A stretch of DNA of 32,000 nt from Bellilinea caldifistulae (GCF_001306055.1 NZ_LGHJ01000013.1:180001-212000); one strand, 5' to 3'; positions 9,010 through 17,348 are shown, counted from the first letter of the stretch. Numbers and translations: made by a program. Notes: a model not told the origin generated them from the sequence alone.

Positions 9010-10053
9010 ATGTTCCTCAATCCGACTTTTTCGATCCGTTCTCTTGTCGCCTTTTTCCTGCTGGTTATTCTGATTGCCGGCTGTAACGGTAATCCGCCAA
9101 CAGCGCTGACACCCGCTCCGGCTCAAACGGAAATCGCAACATCTAATGTTCAACCTCCAGCAGAACAGCCCTCCCCCACCCCCCCACCGGCTCAAGTCTG
9201 GCTGGTGATTCCCAACGGCAGCGAGACAACTGCCAATGAGATAAAAACTTGGCTGGAAGACAAAGCCGTCTCTCAAAATTTTATTTTTGAAGTACACCCC
9301 CCTTCCGATCTGGAAAATCTCCCTGCCAATCTCCGGCTGGTTATTTTTTCGGGACCGGACGCCCAAACATCCGCCTGGGAAGACCGTTTTCCTCAAACTG
9401 GCCTGATCATCTTAAACGATGATTCAACCGAAGCCTCACAAAATGTAAGTGTGATCCGCTCAACACCCATCTTGCAAGCCTTCATCGCAGGTTTTATCAC
9501 CACCCTGATTGCGCCTGATTTCCGTTCGGGTGCTTTATTCAATCAAAACGACCCATTATTAAGTCAATTACAGGATGGTTTTATCAATGGGGGGCGATAT
9601 CTATGTGGCCGCTGCGCCCCGGTTTACGCTCCCATTGTGTTTTTTCCCCAAACCAGCACTTTCAACCCCGCCGGAGAGGTGCAGGACTGGATTGCCGCTT
9701 TTGACAGCCTTCACCAAAACCGGCTGGAGACCCTTTATCTTGCTGACCCGTTCTTACTCGAACCCCAACTACTGGAAGCCATAAGCCGCCAGAATGTTGC
9801 TTTTCTCACGACTCAAACCCCAGCCGAGGATTGGCGCAGCCAGTGGATAGCCACGCTGCAAGTTGACCGCTTGACTGCCTTAGAAAATGCCTGGGAAAGC
9901 TGGCAAAACGCCGAACCGGGAAAAGTCTGGCAGGCAGGCATCCGCATTGCCGAGTTCAATCCCGACCGCTTGACAGAGGGAAAATTAAATCTTGCATTGA
10001 AGACTCTCAACGACCTTGAGAACGGCTGGATTTACCCCCTCAGCATTCCCTAA
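9010..10053 (+). CDS. hypothetical lipoprotein
   Basis: Signal peptide with lipobox LIAGC, then a Pro-rich linker (QPPAEQPSPTPPPAQ). About 300-aa mature domain with no confident family. Confidence 0.7.
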   Translation: MFLNPTFSIRSLVAFFLLVILIAGCNGNPPTALTPAPAQTEIATSNVQPPAEQPSPTPPPAQVWLVIPNGSETTANEIKTWLEDKAVSQNFIFEVHPPSDLENLPANLRLVIFSGPDAQTSAWEDRFPQTGLIILNDDSTEASQNVSVIRSTPILQAFIAGFITTLIAPDFRSGALFNQNDPLLSQLQDGFINGGRYLCGRCAPVYAPIVFFPQTSTFNPAGEVQDWIAAFDSLHQNRLETLYLADPFLLEPQLLEAISRQNVAFLTTQTPAEDWRSQWIATLQVDRLTALENAWESWQNAEPGKVWQAGIRIAEFNPDRLTEGKLNLALKTLNDLENGWIYPLSIP

Positions 10054-10670
10054 CTGGATTGCTCCGGGCTGCCCATGAAGGGCTCGGCAGTTTCCGAGCC
10101 GGGGGCATTAATGCCCTCCCGCCGCAGCACCTTCCACAAAGTCAGGGCAAGGATTTTCACATCCAGCCACAATGACCAGTGATCCACATACCAAACATCC
10201 AGGCGAAACTTTTCTTCCCAGGTCAGCGCATTGCGTCCGTTGATTTGTGCCCAGCCGGTAATCCCCGGTAGCACCTCATGACGACGGGCCTGTTCGGGTG
10301 TGTAACGTGGTAAATACTCCACCAGCAGGGGCCGCGGTCCCACCAGACTCATTTCACCCCGTAGAACATTAAACAGCTCCGGTAATTCATCCAGACTGGT
10401 CGAGCGTAGAAAACGCCCCAGTGGAGTCAATCGTTCACCGTCGGGCAAGGGATTCCCGTTTTTGTCCACTGCGTTGCGCATCGTACGAAATTTATAGAGG
10501 GTAAAAATCTTACCCCCCAGACCGGGACGAGGCTGCCTGAACAACACCGGTCTGCCTTCCCTGAAGTAAATCAACAAGGTGATGATCCCCATCAACGGCA
10601 AAGCGATGACCATACCGACTGTGGTAAGCACCAGATCGAAAATTCGTTTTTCCAATGGTATACTCTTCAT
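10050..10670 (-). CDS. small monotopic phosphoglycosyl transferase (bacterial sugar transferase, PglC/WbaP C-terminal-domain type)
   Basis: KRIFDLVLTTVGMVIALPLM re-entrant helix, PVLFRQPRPGLGGKIFTLYKFRTM, DELPQ-like DELPELFNVLRGEMSLVGPRP. Confidence 0.9.
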   Translation of the reverse strand: MKSIPLEKRIFDLVLTTVGMVIALPLMGIITLLIYFREGRPVLFRQPRPGLGGKIFTLYKFRTMRNAVDKNGNPLPDGERLTPLGRFLRSTSLDELPELFNVLRGEMSLVGPRPLLVEYLPRYTPEQARRHEVLPGITGWAQINGRNALTWEEKFRLDVWYVDHWSLWLDVKILALTLWKVLRREGINAPGSETAEPFMGSPEQSS

Positions 10671-10682
10671 AGATCGCCAGAT

Positions 10683-10694
10683 GAATTATAATTC
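10683..10694. promoter_or_regulatory. palindrome GAATTATAATTC providing TATAAT on both strands between divergent genes
   Basis: Perfect 12-nt palindrome. The plus-strand -10 (10687-10692) lies 30 nt before ATG 10723. The minus-strand -10 (10690-10685) lies 14 nt before ATG 10670. Confidence 0.35.
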
Positions 10695-10722
10695 AGCCAA
10701 TTCCACAGCGGGAGCAGTAACG

Positions 10723-10974
10723 ATGAAGTTGGTCATCACCATTGAATATTGTGCCGTATGACACTATACCGAACGAGCCATCAGTTTGATGGCAAGTCTG
10801 CTGAAACAACATGAATCACGCATTCAACAAATTACGTTGATTCCCTCCGATGGAGGCTGTTTTGAAGTAACCGTCAACGGCAAACGGATTTACTCCAAAC
10901 TGCAAACCCATCGTCATGCCGAACCCGGCGAAATTCAAAATTTACTCTTATCTTATATCAAGGAAGGTGGTTAA
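10723..10974 (+). CDS. SelW/Rdx-family selenoprotein (83 codons) with UGA-encoded selenocysteine at codon 13
   Basis: ATG 10723 has a GGGAG RBS. It reads MKLVITIEYCAV-TGA-HYTERAISLMASLL...IPSDGGCFEVTVNGKRIYSK, and both ORF fragments (10579-10761 and 10786-10974) are in frame 1. The TGA falls at the second redox position of the family's CxxC/CxxU motif. Confidence 0.8.
10759..10761 (+). other. in-frame TGA, predicted Sec recoding codon
   Basis: Context is tgt gcc gta TGA cac (C-A-V-U-H). Confidence 0.75.
10777..10793 (+). promoter_or_regulatory. candidate bacterial SECIS hairpin
   Basis: Perfect 6-bp stem gccatc/gatggc with loop AGUUU, starting 15 nt after the UGA. A weak extension (C10774-G10796, A10773-U10797) crosses a 2x2 internal loop. 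Confidence 0.45.
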
Positions 10975-10978
10975 TTTT

Positions 10979-11965
10979 ATGGCGAAAAAAGGGAGAGTTT
11001 TTTCCGGCGCCCGACCAACCGGCCGGCAACACCTTGGCAATTACCTCGGTGCCATGCTCAATTATGTGGCCCTGCAAGAGGATTATGACTGCATCTACTG
11101 CATCGTGGATGTCCACGCACTTACCACGCTGGAGACCACCCTCGACCTGCGCCAGAATACCTACGAGATGGCACTGGACTGGCTGGCCGTCGGTATCCGC
11201 CCGGAAGAATCGATTGTTTTTGTCCAATCCCACGTACCGCAGGTGATGGAACTGCATACTTATCTTTCGATGGTCACCCCATTGGGCAAATTGACCGATT
11301 TACCCACCTTCAAGGAAAAAGCCCGCGAGCAGCCCCACAATGTGAATTACGGTCTGGTGGGCTACCCGGTTTTGATGACGGCGGATATCGTCCTCTATAA
11401 AGCCGATCTTGTACCGGTTGGCGTGGATCAGGCCCCGCATCTGGAATTTGCCCGCGAGACAGTCCGCTCGTTCAATCACCGATACAACACGCAGGTATTG
11501 ATTGAACCCCAAATGAAGGTGACTCAGGTACCCAAAGTCATCGGCATTGACGGTCAGCAAAAGATGAGCAAAAGCCTGAATAACCACATCGAACTGGCCG
11601 CAACCCCGGAAGAAACCCGCCAGCGGGTCATGCAAATGGTCACCGATCCACAACGCATCCGCCGCAGCGATCCCGGCAACCCGGATGTGTGCAATGTGTT
11701 CAGCATGCACAAAATCTTTTCCAGCCCCGAACAGGTGGAAATGGTCAATACCGAATGCCGCCGTGCCGGGATTGGCTGCGTGGACTGCAAGAAACTGTTT
11801 GCCGAAAACCTCAATCATCACCTGCAGCCCTTCCGCCAGCGCCGCGAAGAAATCTCCCAAAACCCGGATTTTGTGTGGGATGTATTGAAGGACGGCGCCA
11901 AACGCGCAAGTCAAATTGCCGAAGCAACCATGGTGGAAGTTCGGCAGGCAATCGGGTTGCCCTGA
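10979..11965 (+). CDS. trpS: tryptophan--tRNA ligase
   Basis: [16 protein letters not shown] (HIGH-type motif) and KMSKS present. GGAAGGTGG RBS lies inside the end of the upstream gene. The listed Met at 10916 is rejected as an extension. Confidence 0.93.
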   Translation: MAKKGRVFSGARPTGRQHLGNYLGAMLNYVALQEDYDCIYCIVDVHALTTLETTLDLRQNTYEMALDWLAVGIRPEESIVFVQSHVPQVMELHTYLSMVTPLGKLTDLPTFKEKAREQPHNVNYGLVGYPVLMTADIVLYKADLVPVGVDQAPHLEFARETVRSFNHRYNTQVLIEPQMKVTQVPKVIGIDGQQKMSKSLNNHIELAATPEETRQRVMQMVTDPQRIRRSDPGNPDVCNVFSMHKIFSSPEQVEMVNTECRRAGIGCVDCKKLFAENLNHHLQPFRQRREEISQNPDFVWDVLKDGAKRASQIAEATMVEVRQAIGLP

Positions 11966-12402
11966 TGCGCACGGTCATTCAACGCGTCAGACGCGGGGCG
12001 GTCAGCGTGGATGGCCGGCGCATTGCCGAAATTGGCAAAGGGCTGGTCATCCTGATTGGTGTGGGGCCAACGGATACACCCGAAACGGCTCAAGCACTGG
12101 CGCGCAAAATCGCCCAATTGCGCATTTTTGAAGATGATCAAGGCAAAATGAACCTTTCCTTGCTGGATATCGGCGGGGAGGCGCTGGTAGTTTCTCAGTT
12201 CACCCTGTATGCAGATGCCCGAAAAGGCAATCGCCCATCCTTTACCGATTCTGCCCCGCCCGAAATTGCTGCCCCTCTAGTGGAGCGGTTTGCCGGCTTT
12301 TTACGGGAACTCGGCATTCCCGTTCAATGCGGTGAATTTGGAGCCCACATGCTGGTTGAAATTGAAAACGACGGGCCGGTCACCATCTGGCTGGAAAAAT
12401 AG
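11965..12402 (+). CDS. dtd: D-aminoacyl-tRNA deacylase
   Basis: MRTVIQRV...GLVILIGVG...[17 protein letters not shown]. The ATG overlaps the trpS stop by 1 nt (cTGATG). Confidence 0.9.
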   Translation: MRTVIQRVRRGAVSVDGRRIAEIGKGLVILIGVGPTDTPETAQALARKIAQLRIFEDDQGKMNLSLLDIGGEALVVSQFTLYADARKGNRPSFTDSAPPEIAAPLVERFAGFLRELGIPVQCGEFGAHMLVEIENDGPVTIWLEK

Positions 12403-12414
12403 TGCCTGAAAATT

Positions 12415-12444
12415 GTTGACGCACTCTTCAGAGATGTGGTAATA
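12415..12444 (+). promoter_or_regulatory. sigma-70-type promoter for infC operon
   Basis: TTGACG, 18-nt spacer, TAATAT, with TGG immediately upstream of the -10 (extended -10). Confidence 0.55.
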
Positions 12445-12529
12445 TCATTTACGAACCGGCTGCATGAAAGATAAGCGGACGGTTTTGCCTAAATAATCCC
12501 ATTTGAGAAGATAAGAAAGGAGAAAGCCC

Positions 12530-13093
12530 ATTAGCACAACAAATTATCGGGTAAACGAATCCATTCGGGTGCCAGAAGTACGCGTTATTGGCCCTAATGG
12601 CGAAAATCTGGGGGTCCTGCCAATTGAAAAGGCTCTGCGTGCCGCGCGGGAAGCAGAATTGGATCTGGTAGAGGTTGCGCCGGGAGCAACCCCGCCCGTC
12701 TGCCGGATCATGGATTTTGGTAAATTCCTATACGAACGTACCAAAAAAGAACGCGAAGCCCGCAAATCGCAAACCAAAATCGAAGTCAAAGAGATTCGCC
12801 TTCGCCCAAAAACCAATGAACACCACCGCGGGTTCAAAACCCGCGATGCCCGCCGCTGGTTGCAGGATGGAATGAAAGTGCGGGTTACGGTTCGTTTCCG
12901 CGGACGAGAAATCACCTATCCCGAACTGGCACTGGAAGACCTGAAAGAAATTGCTCAGGAACTGGCAGATGTTTCCACCGTTGAACAGATGCCTTCCCTG
13001 GAAGGCAAAACAATGACCATGGTGCTTGCCCCAGTTAAAGGCGGCAAGAAAAAAGCCGTCGAAACCAGCGAAAAAGTTGCCAGCGAAGAGTAA
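12530..13093 (+). CDS. infC: translation initiation factor IF-3, ATT start codon
   Basis: AAGGAG lies 7 nt before ATT 12530. An in-frame TAA at 12512 closes the frame upstream. The ATT reading adds ISTTNYRVNESIR before VPEVRVIGPNGENLG, matching the conserved IF-3 N-terminus (RINE.IR.PEVR). Confidence 0.85.
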   Translation: MSTTNYRVNESIRVPEVRVIGPNGENLGVLPIEKALRAAREAELDLVEVAPGATPPVCRIMDFGKFLYERTKKEREARKSQTKIEVKEIRLRPKTNEHHRGFKTRDARRWLQDGMKVRVTVRFRGREITYPELALEDLKEIAQELADVSTVEQMPSLEGKTMTMVLAPVKGGKKKAVETSEKVASEE

Positions 13094-13119
13094 TTTCTGC
13101 TAATTTCAAGCCCGGCGTC

Positions 13120-13147
13120 TTGTTTGAATCCAAAAATCTGGTATAAT
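13120..13147 (+). promoter_or_regulatory. internal promoter upstream of rpmI
   Basis: TTGTTT, 16-nt spacer, TATAAT, with TGg extended -10 (ctgGTATAAT). Confidence 0.5.
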
Positions 13148-13200
13148 GAGCGGTCGCGGAAGCAGACCGTTATATCCATTTTTACGAGAGGAGAGTCACC

Positions 13201-13437
13201 GTGCCTCGCAAAGCAAAAGCAGGAAAAATCAAACTAAAAACCCATAAGGCAACCTCAAAACGGTTTCGCCTGACCGGGTCGGGCGTGCTTGTGCGCACCA
13301 AAGGCGGCAAGAGCCACCTCCGTCGCCGCACTTCCAAGCGCACCAAAGCCCTCTTCACCGAGATGCTCCCCGTTCAAGGGGAAAACATCATCAAACGGGT
13401 TCGTCGTTTGGCGCCTTATCTGGATAAGAAGGATTAA
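13201..13437 (+). CDS. rpmI: 50S ribosomal protein L35 (GTG start, N-terminally extended)
   Basis: KLKTHKATSKRFRLTGSG is the L35 signature. AGGAGAG RBS lies 7 nt before the GTG. Confidence 0.9.
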   Translation: MPRKAKAGKIKLKTHKATSKRFRLTGSGVLVRTKGGKSHLRRRTSKRTKALFTEMLPVQGENIIKRVRRLAPYLDKKD

Positions 13438-13530
13438 GGCCGGTTCGTTCATTCATCTTTTTGGTGCGGCTGTTGGGTGTTTACAACAGGTGAATTCACC
13501 GGCGCCCAGGGGTTCGCAAAGGAGTAAGCA

Positions 13531-13878
13531 ATGCGTGTAAAAGGTGGACCGCAAGGTCATCAACGACATAAGAAAGTTTTGAAATTCACCAAAGGCCAGC
13601 GCGGCACGAAACATTTTCTTTTCCGCCGGGCCAACGAAGCCATGCTCAAAAGCATGTGGTACGCCTATCGGGATCGGCGCACCCGCAAACGCGATCTGCG
13701 CAAGTTATGGATCACCCGCATCAATGCAGCTGCCCGCCTGAACGGGATTTCTTACAGCCGTTTGATCTATGCCCTGCGCAAAGCCAACATCAACCTCAAT
13801 CGCAAAATGCTGGCTGATCTGGCTGTGCGTGATCCTCAGGCTTTCGCCGCAGTGGTTACACAGGCTCAGGCGTCCTGA
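13531..13878 (+). CDS. rplT: 50S ribosomal protein L20
   Basis: [18 protein letters not shown]...[26 protein letters not shown]. Confidence 0.93.
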   Translation: MRVKGGPQGHQRHKKVLKFTKGQRGTKHFLFRRANEAMLKSMWYAYRDRRTRKRDLRKLWITRINAAARLNGISYSRLIYALRKANINLNRKMLADLAVRDPQAFAAVVTQAQAS

Positions 13879-13913
13879 TCCGGACTCCAACGGTTCTGCA
13901 CAACGCTAACCCC

Positions 13914-13945
13914 AACGGGATGGACAACTTCCATCCCGTTTTCTT
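13914..13945 (+). terminator. rho-independent terminator after rplT
   Basis: 10-bp stem aacgggatgg / ccatcccgtt with loop acaactt, followed by ttctt. Confidence 0.7.
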
Positions 13946-13978
13946 AATGCGGTATACTTGTCCAGAGAGGCAAAGAAA

Positions 13979-14560
13979 ATGTCGGAGGTCAAGCGCGCTC
14001 ATACCTTTCCAAACGGACAGTGCTTTGAGCTGGTTCATGGGGATCTCACCCTTCAAAAGGTGGATGCGATTGTCAATGCTGCCAATGAATTTCTTCACCA
14101 TGGCGGCGGAGTGGCCGGCGCCATCGTTCGCAGGGGCGGCTGGGTCATTCAGGAAGAAAGTGATCGTTGGGTTGAGCAACAGGGGCCGGTTTCCCATGCT
14201 GCCCCGGCCTACACCACAGCCGGAAAGTTGCCCTGTAAATATGTGATTCATGCTGTCGGCCCGGTCTGGGGAGTCAACAATGCCGATGAACGACTCGCCA
14301 CGGCTGTATTCTCCAGTCTGCGGTTGGCAGAAAGTTTGGGCATTCATTCCATCGCCCTGCCGGCTATTTCAACCGGTATCTTCGGCTTTCCCAAAGATCG
14401 GGCAGCCCGGATCATCTTTCACACCATTGCGGAATATTTCAAGCAAAACCCACAATCTCAACTGGGGCTCGTCCGCCTGACCTTGTTGGACCAGGAAACC
14501 TTGAATGAATTTACCAGAATCTGGGACGAAGAAATGAGTCGGCAAACCCCATCATCATGA
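13979..14560 (+). CDS. macro-domain protein (ADP-ribose-binding/hydrolase type)
   Basis: GDLTLQKVDAIVNAANEFLHHGGGVAGAI, VIHAVGPVW and ALPAISTGIFGFP. ATG 13979 is preceded by GAGAGG; TTG 13958 is an alternative start. Confidence 0.85.
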   Translation: MSEVKRAHTFPNGQCFELVHGDLTLQKVDAIVNAANEFLHHGGGVAGAIVRRGGWVIQEESDRWVEQQGPVSHAAPAYTTAGKLPCKYVIHAVGPVWGVNNADERLATAVFSSLRLAESLGIHSIALPAISTGIFGFPKDRAARIIFHTIAEYFKQNPQSQLGLVRLTLLDQETLNEFTRIWDEEMSRQTPSS

Positions 14561-15342
14561 TTACTTCCATCCATAACCCCAAAATTCAACGAGTACGCGG
14601 ATTGATGCAGCAGCGTTCACGGCGGGAGGAAGAGCAAGCCTTTGTCATTGAAGGTGCGCGGCTGATTCAGGAAGCCCGCTTGAGCGGTGTTGCCCTCGAT
14701 CTGGTGTTGATCAGTAGCCAGCCATCCCCGCGCGCCGCACAACTGGCTGATGATCTTGCCGCAAAGCGTATCCCAATCGAGGAAGTATCGGCAGAATTGT
14801 TCAAGCGCATAGCGGATACCGAAAATCCGCAAGGCATTCTGGCAATCGTTCGCCAGCAGCCGCGAGACCTACCACCAGATTGGGATTTTCTCGTGGTGGC
14901 GGACAATTTACGCGATCCGGGCAACCTCGGCACATTGCTGCGCACCAGCGCTGCGGCGGCAGCGGACGGGCTCATCCTCACCCCTGAATGCGTTGATGTA
15001 TACTCCCCCAAAGTTGTCCGGGCAGCGATGGGCGCTCATTTCAAACTATCCATTTTGCAAAAAAAATGGGAAGAAATCATCCATCTTTGCCGTAGCCGTG
15101 CTGCAAAACCTGCCCAAATCCTGGTCAGCGAGGTCGAAAGTGGCACGCCCTGCTGGCAGGTTGACCTTCGTCAGCCGCTGGCGCTGGTGATTGGCAGTGA
15201 AGCCGAAGGAGTTTCCAAAGATGCCCGACAGGCTGCCGACCAACGCTTGATGATCCCCATGCCCGGTCAAATCGAATCGCTCAATGCCGCCGTTGCGGCC
15301 GGTATTTTGCTGTTTGAAGTCGTCCGCCAGAGGTTCTCATGA
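14557..15342 (+). CDS. TrmH/SpoU-family RNA 2'-O-methyltransferase
   Basis: NLRDPGNLGTLLRTS, LVIGSEAEGVS and IPMPGQIESLNAAVAAGILLFE. ATGA overlap with the upstream gene. Confidence 0.88.
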   Translation: MITSIHNPKIQRVRGLMQQRSRREEEQAFVIEGARLIQEARLSGVALDLVLISSQPSPRAAQLADDLAAKRIPIEEVSAELFKRIADTENPQGILAIVRQQPRDLPPDWDFLVVADNLRDPGNLGTLLRTSAAAAADGLILTPECVDVYSPKVVRAAMGAHFKLSILQKKWEEIIHLCRSRAAKPAQILVSEVESGTPCWQVDLRQPLALVIGSEAEGVSKDARQAADQRLMIPMPGQIESLNAAVAAGILLFEVVRQRFS

Positions 15343-16556
15343 AAATTCGCACCTTAACCTGCTTCTTTGATCCCCATCAAAATCCTTTTCCCGAAATGCT
15401 CCCCCATCTGGCAGCGTTTACCAACCAGGCTGCTCAACGCTTGCAACAAGCCGGTTTCGATTTGCAAACCCGTCGGCTGGCAACTACTCCCTTTCCCCTT
15501 TGGCTGGGTTCGAAAAATTTTGCAGAGGCAATTTCCCTCGTAAAAGAATGGGAGAATCGGGCTGAAACATCCGGATTTGCCTATCTTTCGCTCGGGTGCG
15601 CCATTCCAACTCAACCGGAAACCTACGATTGGATTTCGCCGCTGCTTTCGGCTACGCGCAATGTTTTTGTAACCGGTTTACTCACTACCTCCCAAGGAGA
15701 AGTAGATTTGGAAGCCGTGAAGCGGAGTGCCCACGCAATTTTGCTCAATGCCCCCATCGAAGCGAATGGCTTTGCCAATCTGCGCTTTGCTGCACTGGCC
15801 AACGTGCCTGCCGGCTGTCCCTTTTTACCGGCGGCTTATCATAACCCCGGCCAGCCGCCAGCCTACGCATTGGGTTTCGAATGTGCCGATGCCATTTTGC
15901 GTATATTTCAACAATCTGAAAACCTTACAACAGCCCGCCAGAATTTGATCATCGAACTGGAAACGAGCGCCTCACGTATCCGCGAACTTCTTGCTTCGTT
16001 GGAGGAACGTTTCGGGATCCAGTTTTATGGCTTCGATTTTTCGACTGCGCCATACCCACAGGATTGGTGCTCTGCCGGTGCGGCTTTGGAGCAGTTAGGC
16101 ATTTCCGCCCTCGGCGGGCATGGCTCATTGGCTGCTGCGGCGTTTCTGGCGGATTCCCTTGACCGGGGAAAGTGGAAGCGGACTGGCTTCAACGGTTTGA
16201 TGCTCCCCGTGCTGGAAGATTCGCGGCTGGCTCTCCGCGGTTCCCAAGGCACTCTGAAAATCAAGGACTTGCTGCTCTACTCTACGGTCTGCGGAACCGG
16301 GTTGGATACGGTTCCACTGCCGGGCAATTGTTCGGAGCAAAGCATCTCTGCTTTATTGCTGGACCTGGCTGCCCTATCACTACGGTTGGAAAAACCCCTC
16401 ACCGCCCGTTTGATGCCCATGCCGGGTAAACAGGCAGGTGAGCCGATCAACTTTGATTTTGAATTCTTCAGCAGCGGCAGCGTAATGGCGCTCGATTCCG
16501 GTGAGCTGAAGGGTCTGCTGGCTGCCAGCCGGGTAGTGGATATTCATCCGCGCTGA
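15339..16556 (+). CDS. DUF711/UPF0210-family protein
   Basis: MKIRTLT N-terminus, LMLPVLEDS, and YSTVCGTGLDTVPLPG resembling the conserved SAVCxxGLDM..PGD block. ATGA overlap with the upstream gene. Confidence 0.65.
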   Translation: MKIRTLTCFFDPHQNPFPEMLPHLAAFTNQAAQRLQQAGFDLQTRRLATTPFPLWLGSKNFAEAISLVKEWENRAETSGFAYLSLGCAIPTQPETYDWISPLLSATRNVFVTGLLTTSQGEVDLEAVKRSAHAILLNAPIEANGFANLRFAALANVPAGCPFLPAAYHNPGQPPAYALGFECADAILRIFQQSENLTTARQNLIIELETSASRIRELLASLEERFGIQFYGFDFSTAPYPQDWCSAGAALEQLGISALGGHGSLAAAAFLADSLDRGKWKRTGFNGLMLPVLEDSRLALRGSQGTLKIKDLLLYSTVCGTGLDTVPLPGNCSEQSISALLLDLAALSLRLEKPLTARLMPMPGKQAGEPINFDFEFFSSGSVMALDSGELKGLLAASRVVDIHPR

Positions 16557-16573
16557 TTCATTTCGAATCAGCG
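16551..16573. terminator. palindromic hairpin enclosing both convergent stop codons
   Basis: 9-bp stem cgctgattc / gaatcagcg with loop atttc. TGA 16554-16556 lies in the left arm and the minus-strand TGA (16570-16568) in the right arm. No strong U-tract. Confidence 0.4.
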
Positions 16574-17305
16574 TACTTTCTTGAAGTCAATCAAAATCAG
16601 GTTTTTATCGCAGTCGGCAAAGGTATCAAACACAACCCGCTCGGAAAGAGGCAAATTGGCCTGATCCAACAACCGCACCGAAAGCAAGCCCCGCGAAGCA
16701 ATTGGCTGATTGGCAATGGTAAATTCATAACCCGACGGGCCGTACTGGGCAGCCGTTCCGGTCAGACTGGTCATATCCACCCGCTTGCCGTCCAGCGTAC
16801 CCCGCAGCCAGACCCGAATGCCGGTCACAGGGCGGTTCTGCTCATCTACTACCCGACCGGCCACACCCATCCAGCCACAGCCACGGCTGGCATCATAAAG
16901 ATTGATCGAAATGGCCTGTGGATCACTCTGACGCATGAAAGTAAACCCTCCCGCCACATTGGTTTCGGTCGGTTCGGGCGTCTCCAGCTTTTCAATTGGC
17001 GTGCCAATAATCACAATGATCGGCTCTGTCGGTGTTGCCGTCGGGGGAGGAGTGGGGGAATAATCCGGTGTGGGGGACGGTGTCGGCGTCCATGTGGGAG
17101 GAAGCGCCAGCAGAGTTGATGTTGCAGTAGGCGCCTGGGCCAAAGCCGGCAAGGTTGGTGGCGGAAAAGGGTTCAAGGAAGACTGAGGATTGAGAAAAAC
17201 CATCAGGAAAAACGAAGCTGTCAGGGGAATCAGGGCAATGACAAACACCGTGGCCAGATTCCACGGCAGGTCTCGATTGGATTTTCGGGGTTGGGGTCTA
17301 TTCAC
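16568..17305 (-). CDS. membrane-anchored protein: N-terminal TM, Pro/Thr linker, carboxypeptidase-regulatory-like beta-sandwich domain
   Basis: GTG start with GAGGAGG RBS. TM is LATVFVIALIPLTASFFLMVFL. Linker is PPTWTPTPSPTPDYSPTPPPTATP. GVAGRVVDEQNRPVTGIRVWL is CarboxypepD_reg-like. Confidence 0.65.
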   Translation of the reverse strand: MNRPQPRKSNRDLPWNLATVFVIALIPLTASFFLMVFLNPQSSLNPFPPPTLPALAQAPTATSTLLALPPTWTPTPSPTPDYSPTPPPTATPTEPIIVIIGTPIEKLETPEPTETNVAGGFTFMRQSDPQAISINLYDASRGCGWMGVAGRVVDEQNRPVTGIRVWLRGTLDGKRVDMTSLTGTAAQYGPSGYEFTIANQPIASRGLLSVRLLDQANLPLSERVVFDTFADCDKNLILIDFKKVR

Positions 17306-17348
17306 GCACTACCTCCTCAGGGAGTTGGGTCGGTGAATTAATCATCTT

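Noticed and set aside
8959-9396. N-terminal 146 aa of the listed 302-aa minus-strand ORF
   Set aside because: It has an odd Cys/Arg/Gly-rich composition and overlaps a credible lipoprotein gene with signal peptide and lipobox on the plus strand. The HAD domain starts right after Met147.
10916-10978. Upstream Met extension of trpS; likewise 11689-11964 for dtd
   Set aside because: These extensions overlap the preceding genes in another frame. The internal ATGs have good RBS or coupling signals and give canonical N-termini.
11300-11914. 204-aa ORF on the minus strand
   Set aside because: Antisense shadow of trpS.
13150-13170. Hairpin gcggtc-N9-gaccgt upstream of rpmI as a possible L20-responsive leader
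   Set aside because: It is only 5-6 bp, the T-run is not adjacent, and the left arm would lie upstream of the TSS predicted from the 13142-13147 -10 box.
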